A stretch of 64,000 bases of DNA, taken from the NCBI RefSeq assembly GCF_009914755.1, contig NC_060933.1; one strand, given 5' to 3'. A program made the translations under genes and the position numbers. The notes under the pieces are model-generated. The model searched no databases, was not told the origin of the DNA, and saw nothing but the letters and a program-made list of their open reading frames with translations. Source of the stretch: the human T2T-CHM13v2.0 reference genome, Homo sapiens. This document shows, piece by piece, positions 39,850-59,404 of this stretch (its first letter is position 1; the number at the start of each line of letters is the position of its first letter).

Positions 39850-40070
39850 AGGAAAAAAACGGCTTGGACTTTAAAGTCAGACAGACAGGGGTTCAAATCC
39901 CAGCTCTGCTACTCTCTGGCTGGGTGACCTTGGGCAAGTTCTTCATTTTGCTGAGCTTTTTAAAAATAATCTATAATATAGAGCCGATAATATCTTCCTC
40001 ATAGGACTGTCATGAGGATTAAATGAGATAATGTCCCTAGTAAGCATCCATTAGGTGTGTTGTCATCCTG
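39850..40070 (+). mobile_element. MIR
   Basis: gtcagacagacaggggttcaaatcccagctctgctact...gtgaccttgggcaagtt...tgaggattaaatgagataat. Confidence 0.85.
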
Positions 40071-40357
40071 CAACTGGGGACAAAGCACTGTCTTGGGAGC
40101 CACTATTGTCAAAGTTGGTGGCGAGTTTGAATGACTGGAGACACATTCCACATGGAGGAGACAGCACGGCCAAAGGCAGGAAGGTAGTTCTGGAAACTGA
40201 ATATCCATTCCCCTCTAGGAAAGGGCTCTGCTTTCTTCCTCCTAGAACTAGTTGGGTAGAGACAAGCCAAGTACTTGGCCTATGAGCAGATGCAAGGGCT
40301 CAATGATGACATCTCCACCCTTCAGGGGGCATTCTAATGATAAAGAATTTCTAGACA

Positions 40358-40747
<390 letters not shown>

Positions 40748-41527
40748 TCAAGGGCTGGGTTTCCTGTTTTAATTGATACTGTGCCTTATTGCCTAGTGTA
40801 GGGTCTTGTCCCATGCAAGCAATCAATAACCACTTGGTGAACAAAAGAATAAACTCTGTGTCATGTAAAAAGTGAATAATTGTGCACTTATTAGCTATGC
40901 AACCTCATACTCTGTGCCTCCATTTTCTCAACTGTAGCATAGGATAAAAATACCCATCAACTTCAGGGGCTGTTACCAAGATCAAATGCATTAATATTTG
41001 TGAGGGGTTAAGAACAGTGCCTGGAGTAAGGGCAGTTCTACATCAGTGTTTACTGAAGAAAAGATACATACTGATATTAATGGACTGCTGTGAGGATTAA
41101 ATGAGAAAATGATTGAAGAGAAGTATTTGTGGAGCAAAGGGGAGAAGGAAGAAACTGCCATCCCGAGTCATGAAACCCTACCCCAAGTAGGCTCAGAAGG
41201 ACCTAGCCCCAGAATCCACAGGACCTGCTGAATCTAAGATGTGTCTTCTCCTTGAGCTCAGCATGCAGTGGGCCTCGGGGAGCCCTGGACCTGCCTGTTC
41301 TTCTGCCGTCACTTCCCCTCTCCAACCGTTCTAGTACCAGATGATGCCTTTTGCCCAGGACTCTGACAAGGGCCCTACACTCTGCTATCTGTGGACTACT
41401 CCAGGGCCCTGTGCAGCTGTAACCTATCCTTGTACTCATGGCCAACAGCTGAAGTCTCATTTCCACTAAGATAGAATATTTTTCCATTCCTCTCTTACCC
41501 CCTTTCTCTTCCTTCTTTGAAAATGCA

Positions 41528-41804
41528 GCCAGGTGCCATGGCATACCTGTAATCCCAGCACTTTGGGAGGCCGACCCAGATAGATCTCTTGAGCCCAGGA
41601 GTTTGTGACCAGCCTGGGCAACATGGTGAAATCCTGTCTCTACTAAAAATACAAATGTCAGCTGGGTGTGTGGGCATGTGCCTGTAGTCCCAGGTACTCT
41701 GTAGGCTGAGGTGGGAGACCACTGAAACTTGAGAGGTGGAGGCTGCAGTGAACCATGATTGCACCACTGCATTCCAGCCTGGACAACAGAGTGAGATCCT
41801 GTTG
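41528..41804 (+). mobile_element. AluJ
   Basis: Diverged Alu consensus. Confidence 0.85.
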
Positions 41805-41972
41805 AAAGAAAAAAAAGAAAGAGAGCAAGAGAGAGAGAAAGGAAAAAAAAAGGAAAGAGAGAGAGAGAAAGAAAGGAAAGAGAGAGAGAGAGAAAAGGAA
41901 GGAAGGAAAGAGAGAGAAAGAAAGGAAGAAAGAAAGAAAGAGAAAGGAAGGAAGGGAAGGCGGGTGGGAAGG

Positions 41973-42019
<47 letters not shown>

Positions 42020-42034
42020 AATAAAGAAGGAAAA
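41805..42034 (+). repeat. Polypurine (GA)n/(GGAA)n/(GAAA)n tract derived from the Alu tail
   Basis: Read directly. Confidence 0.95.
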
Positions 42035-42705
42035 TGTTTCCTCTTCTTATGAATCACTGCTTCCCAGAAATCCTATTGCTCCCACTTACCAGAGAGGACC
42101 CCTTGGCTATCAATGCAAGATGGGTTGGACTGGGGCTCACATGCCCATTGGACATTATTTTTCAGCCAGCTGCCATCCCTCCTTGAGACCAGCCTCCAGA
42201 CTAGTCAGCCCACTGAGCCTCAGCTCTGCCCACTCTTTCATTCATTCATCTATTCATTAATTTATTCACATATTCATTTAACCAATGGTAGCCCAGTTCC
42301 GAGCACATAGGGCTGGAAGCATCAACATTCACAGAATGTTCCTGTAATCAGAGCTCACAGCCTGGCTGGGAAGAGACAACTGACAACATAGGCTACTTAA
42401 GCACAAAAATTTAAATGTATACAAGGTAGGAGAGACAAGGGAGAGAGTCACTATTCTCTGGGAGATTCAGCGAAGGGTTTCCAGAAACAGCTGCCTCTGA
42501 GATGGATTTTGAAGCAGGAATAGGATAAGACCAGGATCATTTAAGACAGAGGGATGAGAAGGCACAGAGGGACAAACAGTGAGGAGTGAGGCTTTCTTAT
42601 AAGGTGGGAGAGAAGGCTGGTGTGATGGGCAGAGGCCAGATGGTGGAGGGAATTGAACACAGGGCCAAAAAGCTTAAATGTCATTATCTTGGTAGAGGAT
42701 AGGAA

Positions 42706-43400
<695 letters not shown>

Positions 43401-43728
43401 ACCCAGGCCATAGACCCCATCCCCTCTACTTCCCCAGGGATTCACTCATGGGGGACTTTTATCCCCCTCCATCTCTCCTGCTACAGACTCCTTCCTGTGA
43501 GCCATTTAAACATTCTTAGCTCTCTCTCAGATCCCCCAAAAGTACCTAACTCCACATTGCCTTCCAGCTCCTCCCTCTTTCTCTCCTCTGCTTTCTAGCC
43601 AAATTCCTCTAAAGGGCTGCCTACGCCTGTCTGTGGTCCTCCCTACCATTCATTCCTTTGTCGGTGCCATCAAGCTTCTGCCACACCCCTGGGGTTCTCA
43701 CTGGGCCTCCAATCTCACCACATCATTA

Positions 43729-44045
<317 letters not shown>

Positions 44046-46049
44046 CCAGTGGACACCTTAGACCATAACTCAGTTCAACTCTTGATCTCTCTTTTTTCTG
44101 TAAAACACTCTTGGTTTCCATGCTATTGTGCTTTCCTAGTCCTTGTCTTTCTGCCAACCTAAAGACTCCTCTTTGCTTCCTTTTTTCTTTATCTGTCCCT
44201 TAATTATTAGTGCTTTGTCATGGACTCTCATTTTTCTCAGCTCTCACACTCTCCCTGTGTGATCTCATTCACTGTCATGACTGCTAATACCACCAAGACG
44301 TTAATAACGCCTATGTCTTTTTCTTTCTAGTTCAGATCTCTCTTGAACTTAGATCTCCCCTGGTCATGATGCAGGCTCCCCAGCCTCGACATGTGCACAA
44401 GAAATGTGCCACCCTCTCCTCAAACCTTCAGCTCCCTCCTCCGTGCCTCTGCCTCACTCCTCCCAGTTCTTGCCACCCAGACTGCCCAAGACCTCCCTGA
44501 GTGCCCACCTGGCTGCATCCTCCAGCTTAACTCTTCCCTCTCTCCTATTTCAGGCAATATCTGACTCAAAATTAAGTAATCTGCCAGGAACCAGGTTGTG
44601 GTGGCCAAGTCAAGAGTGTTGGGTACTTGAATGACTCCCAGGCATCATGGGAAGCAGAAATTGGAAAGCCTTCAGAACTGGGAGCTGTCCAGCTGTCTGC
44701 CCATCCCCCACCACCACACTCCTACTCCCCTCCAGGCATGGAAGTTTCTTCTTTCTGTAAGTGTTCTGTTTACAAGTGGCTTTCTCTGCTTCTTCCTGGG
44801 CAGTTGGCTAAACATGACTATCCCAGAGGTCTGGGATTATACATCCTTAACTCAAGCAGTCAGTAAACAAATCAGTGTGTTTCAGGTGCAAGGGCGAGTC
44901 TCCGAAAGATGGATTGGGTTAGTCCTGGTGAAGTGCCCATTCCTGGTCCAGTGAGCTAAGGCTCGGAGGGTTAGGCCATGGGGTAGGAAATGTAGCTATG
45001 GGGACTTATGGGGGAGGTGTGAAGATCAAGAGGAAGTAGGGTCTTGGGCTGGGGAACTATTTAAGATGTGATTTTTCCAGCCTTGAATATTCACAGAGAA
45101 CAAAACTCCCAAAGGTTATAAAATTAAAGTTTATACAAATATCAAATATTTTGCCTACCTACCTATGTCATGGTTTTGTGAAGCATCATTTACTTATTTA
45201 TTTCACCTTCTCTCTTTTTTCTACCTTGTTATGGTAATTAGTGGTAACACAGTAGGAAGAACGTTATAAGGAAAATATCTCATAAGCCTGTTCCTAAAAA
45301 ATAAAATTTTAAAATTTTATTTTATATGTACTTGAATTGATACTTTTCTCTGTAACACAAAGTTATTAATTATAATAATGAATTAAAAGGCCTTTTGAGT
45401 CAATTTTCTTTCTGCATTTATATCTGTCCTAGAAATTCAGGGAGGAAGAGATAATCAAAAGTGTTATCCAGTTGCTCTGACAGAAGGAAGTTTATAACCT
45501 GTGCATAAGTTCTTAGGAAATAATATCACCAGGAATCTTTGATGGCCCCCTTATGGGTAAAAAAAAATAATTTTAGAAAATTTATTTTCAGATCAACATA
45601 TTGTAGCATAATTCTTAAAGAAACTTTTACTTTAAATCACTTTTATTGTAAGCCTAGAAAAGAAACAGGACCAGGAGATGAACCTAGTGTTGACAAGAAG
45701 CTGGTGAGATGAAAAGAAATATACTGTGGGACCACTTGTTTTTAAGAAATGAAACTCTGGATTTATGTACCAGCTTAAAAAAAATCTCTCTAGGCACACT
45801 GTTCAGCAGCTATTTGGTCTTCTCTGAAGTTTTTAGTATGTTTCAAATAAAAGCAGATTTCTTTGTTTCAAGATAGTGATTTCTGATACCTTAGTTATTC
45901 ATTTATTTAACAAATATTTTCTAGGCATCAATTATAGTAAGTGTTGTTCAGGATATAAAGTTGAATGTCAACAGACCTTTTCTTCAAGGAGCACAGTACA
46001 TCGGATACATCCGTGGAAGCTCCATTAAAAGGTATACATTTACACGTGT

Positions 46050-48265
<2,216 letters not shown>

Positions 48266-48529
48266 GATACACATTTATAAGGAACCAAGTGGTGTTGCGG
48301 ACTTAAAAAGGGAATACTTAGTTCCTTAGGGGGCTAAGAAAGGCTTTCTCAAGGAGACACTTGAGCAGGGAGAGAACTTGTATGGTGGAAAGGGTCAGAA
48401 GTACTGATCTCAGTTCCACTCTGTCACTTAGTAGCAGACCTTGTACATGTAACCTTGGACAAGTGACATAACTCCTCAAGAGGCAGTGTAGAATGGGTGT
48501 TTGTCACAAGGATGCTGAACCAGATGACA

Positions 48530-50535
<2,006 letters not shown>

Positions 50536-51089
50536 GGTAGGTTATTACTATTATTACTGTCATTGACAGATGAGAAAGCTGAGAGGCTAAATAACCTGAC
50601 CGAGGCCAAGTAGCCATTTAGTGGTGGAGCTAGGATTCAGATCCAAGTTTGCCTGATCCCAGATGCAGAGCTCTTAACTACAGGGCTACAGTGCCTACAA
50701 CTGTACTCTTTCTATGTTAGACCCTGGCTTCCTTATTAATTAGGATTAAGTTTGGCTGCCTGTACTGGAAATAAGTATATGGCAGTGGATTTAATAAGAC
50801 AGAAGTTTATTCCTTCTTCTGTAAGAGCCGTGTGGAAGAAGCAATCAAGGGTTGGTGTTATCCCTTAGATGGTGGCTTCATGGTGCCACCCGTGCCCCAG
50901 GTTCTTAAGTTTCTGCTTCACTATCCTAGTGCCTGACCTCCACTCTCAAGATCATTTCATGGGCCAAGATGACTCCTGGAGCTCCAGACATCAACTACAG
51001 GCTGGGAAAAGGAGGTGGGGAAAAGGCAAAAGGAATTTGTCTCAATTAAATTAGGTTCCTTTAAGTAGGCCTCTTAGAAATGACAGTCA

Positions 51090-51745
51090 ATTAATCCCAG
51101 TTAAAGGCATGGTGCCCAACTAGACTGCTTTCACTTCAGATGCCAGCCACAAGTTCTGAGGTCCCCTGGCCACCTGTACTTCTAACCAACTGGCTGAAAA
51201 TGTGGGTGTTCCTGTGACCCCTTTAGGTTCTATAATTTGCTAGAATGACACAGAACTTAGGAAAGCACTATACTCAGCATTATAGTTTAATTATAAGGGA
51301 TATAAACCAGGGCCAGTCAAGTAGAGAGGTCAAGGGCAAGAGCTGGGAGGGTCCTGAATGCAGAGCTTCCATGCTTTTCCCCATGGTGTCAGGGTGTATC
51401 ACCCTCCTGGCACATCAATGTATTCACCAACCAGGAAGCTTTTCTGGGCTTGGGTGTCCAGAGTTTTTATCGGAGTTTCATTATATAGACATGATTGATT
51501 GAATCATTGGCCTTATGACTGAACTCAATCTCCAGCTCCCTCAAAGCCCCAACCCTCTAATCACATGGTTGGTCTTTCTGGTGACCAGCCACCATCCTGA
51601 GTCATCACTTTAGCATAAAATTAGATGTGATCTAAGGGCCTCATGAATAATAAAAACACTCTTATAGCTTGGGAGATTTCAAGGGTTTTAGATGTTACCT
51701 CCCAGGAATCCAATACAAAGACGAGAGGAATTTTTTTTTTATCAT
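51090..51745. mobile_element. ERV LTR fragment (MER21-like)
   Basis: cacttcagatgccagccacaagt...aatttgctagaatgacacagaact...aaccctctaatcacatggttggt, matched from memory. Confidence 0.6.
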
Positions 51746-51802
51746 ACATCATCTCCCCCACTCTAGGAGCTCCTACTATGTGTCGGGCATTGTGCTAGGC
51801 TA

Positions 51803-51863
51803 TTCCATCCATCCATCCATCAGTCCATCCATCCATCCATCCATCCATCCATCCATCCATCCA
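51803..51863. repeat. (TCCA)n tetranucleotide repeat
   Basis: Read directly. Confidence 0.93.
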
Positions 51864-52087
51864 CACATACATCTGTCATATAAGTGTTTATAGTGCTATA
51901 TCAGCTTTTCTGCAAGATACAGAAAACCCAGCCAATAGGATTTTAAAACAGGAGATGAATTTACTCACAAAACTAGAAATCCAAGGGAAAGCAGTTGCTT
52001 CTTTGGCTCAGATGTTGGACCATGTCTGCAGACACCTAGGCTCTCCTTATCTTTCTACCCCACTTACCATGTTTATTTTTGTTTTGA

Positions 52088-53219
<1,132 letters not shown>

Positions 53220-53640
53220 AAATTTCCATAGTTTTTACCTAATATCCCTTTTCTGTTCCAGGATCCCATCCAGAATGCTAGATTACATCCAGTCCTCATT
53301 TCTCCTTAGGCTCTTCTTGGTTGTGACAGTTTTTCAACTTTTCTTACTCTTTATGACCTTGACAGTTACAAGGAGTACAAAGACCAGAGAAATTACTGGC
53401 CAGGTATTTTGTAGAATGTCCTTCAATTAGTATTTGTGTAATATTTTTCTAATTATTGGTCTGGGATTACAAGCTTTGGGAGGAAGACCACAGATATAAA
53501 CCACCAAACCATGTTGATTTTGTCTTCATATTTTCATTTCACTATCACAGGTGGCTGCTATGAGCACTCCAGATTCAGGACTACTTTCAAAGATGGAAAG
53601 AGCCAGGAAAATGAAGGAGAGAAGAGCCATGTCTGTCCCC

Positions 53641-53739
53641 TTTTTTTTCTTTTTCTGAGACAGGGTCTCGTTCTTTGCCCAGGCTGGAGTGCAGTGGCCA
53701 AATTGCTGGGATTACAGGCATGAGCCAGCACGCCTGGCC
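53641..53739 (-). mobile_element. Internally deleted mini-Alu with retained TSD tctgtccc
   Basis: The Alu 3' end is joined directly to the Alu 5' end. Confidence 0.85.
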
Positions 53740-54193
53740 TATCTGTCCCTTTTTTAAAAAATTAGCAAGGTCACCCCTCCTCCTGACAGGCTCAGAAGGC
53801 AGGGGACAGGATGCTCATACTTGTTTTAGACCTTGATTGGGACTGAGCACATTGTCTTCAGAATAAAATCAGGCTTCTATTGGTGTAGAAGGAAGTAAGC
53901 CAATGGATGGCAGGCCAACAACTGGTCATGTCGGCCCCAACTGTCTATTCTGTATGAAACTGCACCGTACTGGGTGCTATGAAGGGACATAAGAGAGGGA
54001 GCATTCTACCAAATTTTTCTAGAAATTATACATTCTGATAAATATTCTCTTTTAAAGGCATCACTTTAGAAGGATGGACTGTTATCCCACTAAATCTTTG
54101 GTAACTCAATCAAATCCATCCTTAGAAGATAAACGTTGGTCATATGTCACATGTGCTATCAACTGTAAAGACCAATTCTAAAGAGTCATTCCT

Positions 54194-54794
54194 GTCTGGG
54201 TGCAGTGGCTCATGCCTGTAATCCCAGTACTTCGAGATGCTGAGGTGGGATGATCCCTTGAGGCCAGGAGTTTGAACGCAGCCTGAGCACCATAGCGAGA
54301 CCTCATCCATACAAAAAAAATACAAAAAATTAGCTGGGTGTAGTGGTGTGCACCTGCAGTCTCAGCTACTCAGGAGCCCTGAGGCAGGAGGATTGCCCAG
54401 GAATTCAAAGTTACAGTGAGCTATGATCGCGCCACTGTACTCCAGCCTGGGTGACAGAGCAAGTCCCACTCTCTAGAGAAACAAATCAATGAACAAACAA
54501 ATAAACAAATAGATAGTCATTCCTAAAGCAATGGAGCAATGATACATTTTGAAAAGAAGCATTTAGTCAGTTTCCCCAAAGTGACAAGTTGGAGAGTGTT
54601 ACCTTTTCTTAGATGTCTATGATTTAAAAAAAAATCAAATCTGTCATATTATAGTCACATCTTACGACACCTTGCCCTTGACATTTTTATGACCTAGATG
54701 AGGAAACTAACAGAGGTGGATGGAGAACAAACAGTGCAAGACTATCTAGTATGGTAGTAGGTTATGTATTACAGGCAACATATACTGAGGGAGT

Positions 54795-54829
<35 letters not shown>

Positions 54830-56600
54830 TGAGACAGAGTCTCACTCTGTTGCCCAGGCTGGAGTGTAATGAGGCGATCTCACTGCAATCTTCTGAGGGA
54901 GTTTAGAGGAGACAAAGATCAGAGAAGACAGGCATCACAGAAAAGCTTCGGAGAGGTGGGACCCAATGTGGCTTTGAAGAATGGTCTGACTGTCCTTAAT
55001 TTCCCTCCTCCCCTGCCTTGAGACCTGGATTCCTCTAATATAGCTGTTTATTCTCTCTTTATTAAGCACCTAGTTACTTATTTTCATTAATTTTTCAGTT
55101 TATCTGTTAAGGTCTTGTGATTTTTACTTCATAATCTTAAATAACTTTTAAAAAAATTTTAGGAGAAATGGTAGCACTACTTTGCTCAAGCTAGAGTGCA
55201 GTGGCTATTCACAAGTGTGATCATAGCATACTGCAGCCTCAAACTACTGCACTCAAGTGATTCTCCTGTTTCTGCCTCTAAAGTAGCTGGAACTACAGTT
55301 GCATGTCACCAGCCTGGCTAAATTACTTTTTTGCACAGTGTTTTATACGGTAGTCTTTGCAGCCACATAGATCAATATTTGAATTCAAGCTCTAGTACTT
55401 ACTGGCTTTGTGGTCTTGTGGAAATTTCTTACTCTCTCTCATTCTATTTCTTATTTAATAACAATCCCAAGCAGGCTGTTGTGAGACTGTAATAAGATGA
55501 AGCAAGGGAACACAGAGGATAGTGTACCCCCAAAGAAAGTGCTCAATAATGGCATCTGCTGTGATAGTCACCCTATTGATGACAGAGGCAATGGTGATGT
55601 TAATATAAACTCATGGAAAGGGATGGCCATGAAGGAACATCTGCTTGGTTTTCACCACTTTGTCACTGTTAACTTTACATGAATGTCTGCTCACCAAAAG
55701 TCAATTTCATTTCCCTTGACATTTTAATAATCACTACCTTAGAAACAGCAAAGACAGACTCGGGTACTCAGGGAACTTCTGTTCTGTCATCTGTGAAGGC
55801 ATCAACCTTGTGACTCAGATTCTTGAGCAGAGATCACGCAACATTCTACATGAGACACTGGCACGAGCACCAAGAGATCCTGGAACATCTGCAATTAGTT
55901 GACAGTTATATTGAGGCTTGGAAACCAGTCTAAAAAAGTTATGCTTTAAATCAACGGCAGTTGTCAATGAGCCTGTGAAGGAATCCTTGCTAGGGTCCTC
56001 AGGCTTCTACTGCAACTCATACTGATAACAACAAAAAGAGAAGCCTCCCAAGCAGAAGGTCAGTCTAATTCAATCACTTAAGGCAGAATTATGGTATCAA
56101 GTTTCCACATCACTGAATGACCATGGGTGTAGAGGAGTGTACCATAAAATAACTGTGGGTGTTAGACATTTAACAAGTTGTTTTATTCCTAATTGCTGGC
56201 ATTTGCCTAACTGTTTTCTTAATTCTAATTTATGTTTTTATGTTCCAGTGTGTTTACACAGCCCATAGTTCCCAATTGCCTTTATTTGCTTAAGTGTTTC
56301 TTTATTTACTTTTTTTTTTTTTTTTTGAAAAGAAGTCTCACTCTGTCGCCCAGGCTGGAGGGGAGTGGCACAATCTCAGTTCACCGCAACCTCCACCTCC
56401 TGGGTACAAGTGATTCTCCTGCCTCAGCCTCCTGAGTAGCTGGGATTACAGGCGCCTGCCACCAAGCCCAGCTAATTTTTTGTATTTTTAGTAGAGATGG
56501 GGTTTCACCATGTTGGCCAGGCTGGTCTCAACTCCTGACCTTGTGATCCACCTGCCTCGGCCTCCCAAAGTTCTGAGATTACAGGCATGAGCCACCGGCC
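54194..56600. mobile_element. AluJ + 54194-54510; truncated Alu - 54792-54892 ((TTTA)n tail, TSD ctgagggagttta); monomer - 55150-55318; AluS - 56310-56600
   Basis: Alu consensus matches. Confidence 0.85.
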
Positions 56601-59336
56601 TATTTACATTTTTATATATGTTGCTTTGCTTACATAACTCATTGTTCGGAGTGGGCTAGAAATAACCATAAATCCCCATTGCTAATTAGCCTCATCCTCA
56701 TGACTGATTAGTCAAGATTATGAGTCTAGAAGGAGGGCAGAGAGGAGTCCTAATAGTGAGTCACAGGATTATTGAATTTTACAGCTGGAAGGAATCTTAG
56801 AATTTAAGGCATCTTTCAGTTAGAATTCTGTGGTTTTGCATCCTCAGCGTTGGAGAATTATGAAAGGTTGACCGCTTGCTCCTGCGCCTTTTGGCAAAAA
56901 TGCTTAAGAATTTGGTGACAGCTTTAAAAAACAAATTAAGAATAAAGAAAAAACCCAATCAATGACGATTATAAGTAACCCATAATGGGGGCTTCAAAGA
57001 AGAATTGGAAACTTGACATATCAATGGGGTATAGAAGAGCAGAGAATATTAATGAACATGAAGGGGGTTCTTCTTTGGAGGTAAGTAAGCAGAGTGGATT
57101 TTTTGGAACTCCCTCCTCAGCAGCTGTGCAGTTTGTAAGGATTTTAGCTTGCCTAACTGTAAGCTTAGCTATTAGCTTTGCAGTGGGGAGTATTTAAAAG
57201 TACACACAACATATGAAGGAAAGAACCTGGAACCGAGTAGCCTGCTTCATTCCAAGAATCCATCTGGCATTTAAAGAACTGCTTGTCCTACATTAAACCC
57301 TGCAGAGTAAGAGCCATTTTTCATATCCTCATACCCCTATTTTTGGTTTCAGGTAAGACAGCTTACTGAGTTTGGAGAAGGAACAAAGAGACTTTTCCGA
57401 ACCACCGAACCAAAGGACTCATCTAGGGTGAGCTCAATGAATCTAAAATCGGGAACACACATTGCAGCCCCTGTTTGGGAAATCAGCTTAAGAGCAATCT
57501 CAAGTCTCCACAAGAGGCGGAGGTCCATATTCCAAAATAATGTGAGCCTTCAGTTATTTGTAGGTAGAATTCAATGGAAGAAGGGGTGTTATAGATACGA
57601 AAAATCGTGGCTGGCGTTACCAACATTAAATGACTCGTGGTGATGGGGTAAGTTGACAAGTGAAATCCAGTCTCTTCCTAAACAAACGTATCTTTGTAAT
57701 GAAGAGCTCGTTTTTGCAGCTTCAGTACATCTGGAGGCATCGAATAGCAAACGCTGCCAAAGGAGTAGTCCCTGGATTATCAGGAGTTGCAGAGTGTGTA
57801 AAGTGTTGTAAACCTTGAAATTAGTCCTGGACTGAAGGCACTTTCCCTCCTCCCAGACTCGCTTCTCTCTGACACATTTCCCCTTTCAATGGAAAGTCTA
57901 TGGCAGTCAGGTCCACTCAGCTCAGACTTCAAGTATGTGAGACCACAGGTTCCCACCTTAACTGGTCACCCATTGAGGGACAGCACAAGACCCCGGTGCT
58001 GGCGCCAACGCTGAGCTGCGCCCTCTCGGTTACCATGGCGACCGCAGGCGGGGCGAGGCCCCCACTCGCCGCTTCCCCGCCTCTGCCCAGAACCTTTCGA
58101 ACGCTCCAATTGGGACGACCCTTTCTTGCCTCTGTCCCGCCCCATTCGGCTCTAAGCGCTTTGCGATTGGCCCGGGACGAGCGGCCTGGTACCCAGAGGG
58201 CACCACCTCCTGACAGGAAGAGCGGGAAAGTGCACCAGGAGCTGTCCGAGGCGTGAAGCTCACGGGCGCGGCGGGGGAGCACACGGTTGGCTTTGCAGCG
58301 AGTTGCCCACTGTCCCATACACAACCCCCCGCTCCCATGACTGCCAAAAGCATGGAGCAGGAGTCGGGGTGCGGGCACACCGTTTGTGGGCCGGCCCGGT
58401 CTATCCCGGGGGGCTAGGACGCGACGAGGTTGGAGCGAGGATCCGGCGGCACACTCCGGAGCGCGGAGTATCAGAGGCCAGAGGGAACGGGCCGGGCCCC
58501 GGGGGCGGTGCCGGCGGCGGCGGCGGGAGGCGCAGAGCCCAATGAGCGCGCGCACCGCCCCGGGGGCGGGGTCTGAGGAGCGCTCCCCCGCCCTTGCCAG
58601 CCCCCGTCCCTCCCCCCGGCGCGGGGCCGCAGTGAGTGAGTGGCACTGGCAGCCTGTCAATCCCTCGGCCCAGCGGCCTTCCAGCCCGGTCCGCGGCGGC
58701 TGCTGGCTGGGTGCGCGGCTCCGGCGGCGGCGGCGGCGACTTCTCCCGCCCTATCCATCGGCTGTCCGCCCGGCGCGCGGCCCGCCGGGGCCCTCCTCCG
58801 GGCTCAGCGCCCCCGCCGCCTCTGCCCGCCCGCTCCCAAACTTTCCTCCTCCGCCCCCGCTCGCTCCCCGCGGCCCGCCCGCAGGCCTCCTCCTCCGCCG
58901 CCGCCCGCCGCCGCCGCCGCTGCCTCCCCCGGGGCCGCCGGGGCTCGGATCCCGCCTGGCCGAGGCGGCGGCGGCGGCCGAGGAGGGCAGTGCGCAGGCT
59001 GGCGCGGGGGGCGGCGGGCGTCCCGGCAACTCGGCGGGCGCTGAGGAGCAAGTTGCGCGGGGCCGCCCGGCGGGGCGCGCGGCGGCGAGGAGGCGGCGCG
59101 GCGGCCGCGTGAGGGCAGCGGGCGCCGCCGCCTCCGCCTCCGCCACCGCCGCGGAGCCCGGCGCTTCCGCCCGCCGCTTCTCCTCAGCCTCGGCGGCGGC
59201 GGAAGCCGGAGCCGGGCGCCCGTCCTCATCGCCTCAGCCGCGGGCCCTGCCGGCCGGGCCGCCCCCTCCCCGCGCGGGCGGGGAGCGCGCGGCCGCCTCC
59301 CCCTCCCCCTCCCCCTCTTTCTTCTCCTCCCTCGTC

Positions 59337-59357
59337 GCCGCCGCCGCCGCCGCCGCC
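59337..59357 (+). repeat. (GCC)7 trinucleotide repeat just upstream of the PBX3 ATG
   Basis: Seven perfect GCC units read directly. Confidence 0.95.
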
Positions 59358-59404
59358 TCAGCCTTCGCCTCAGCCGCCGCCCGCTCCCGCCCGCGCGCGG
59401 CGGG

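Noticed and set aside
41203-42260. 284-aa (-) and 174-aa (+) ORFs
   Set aside because: Made of an AluJ plus the (GAAA)n tract.
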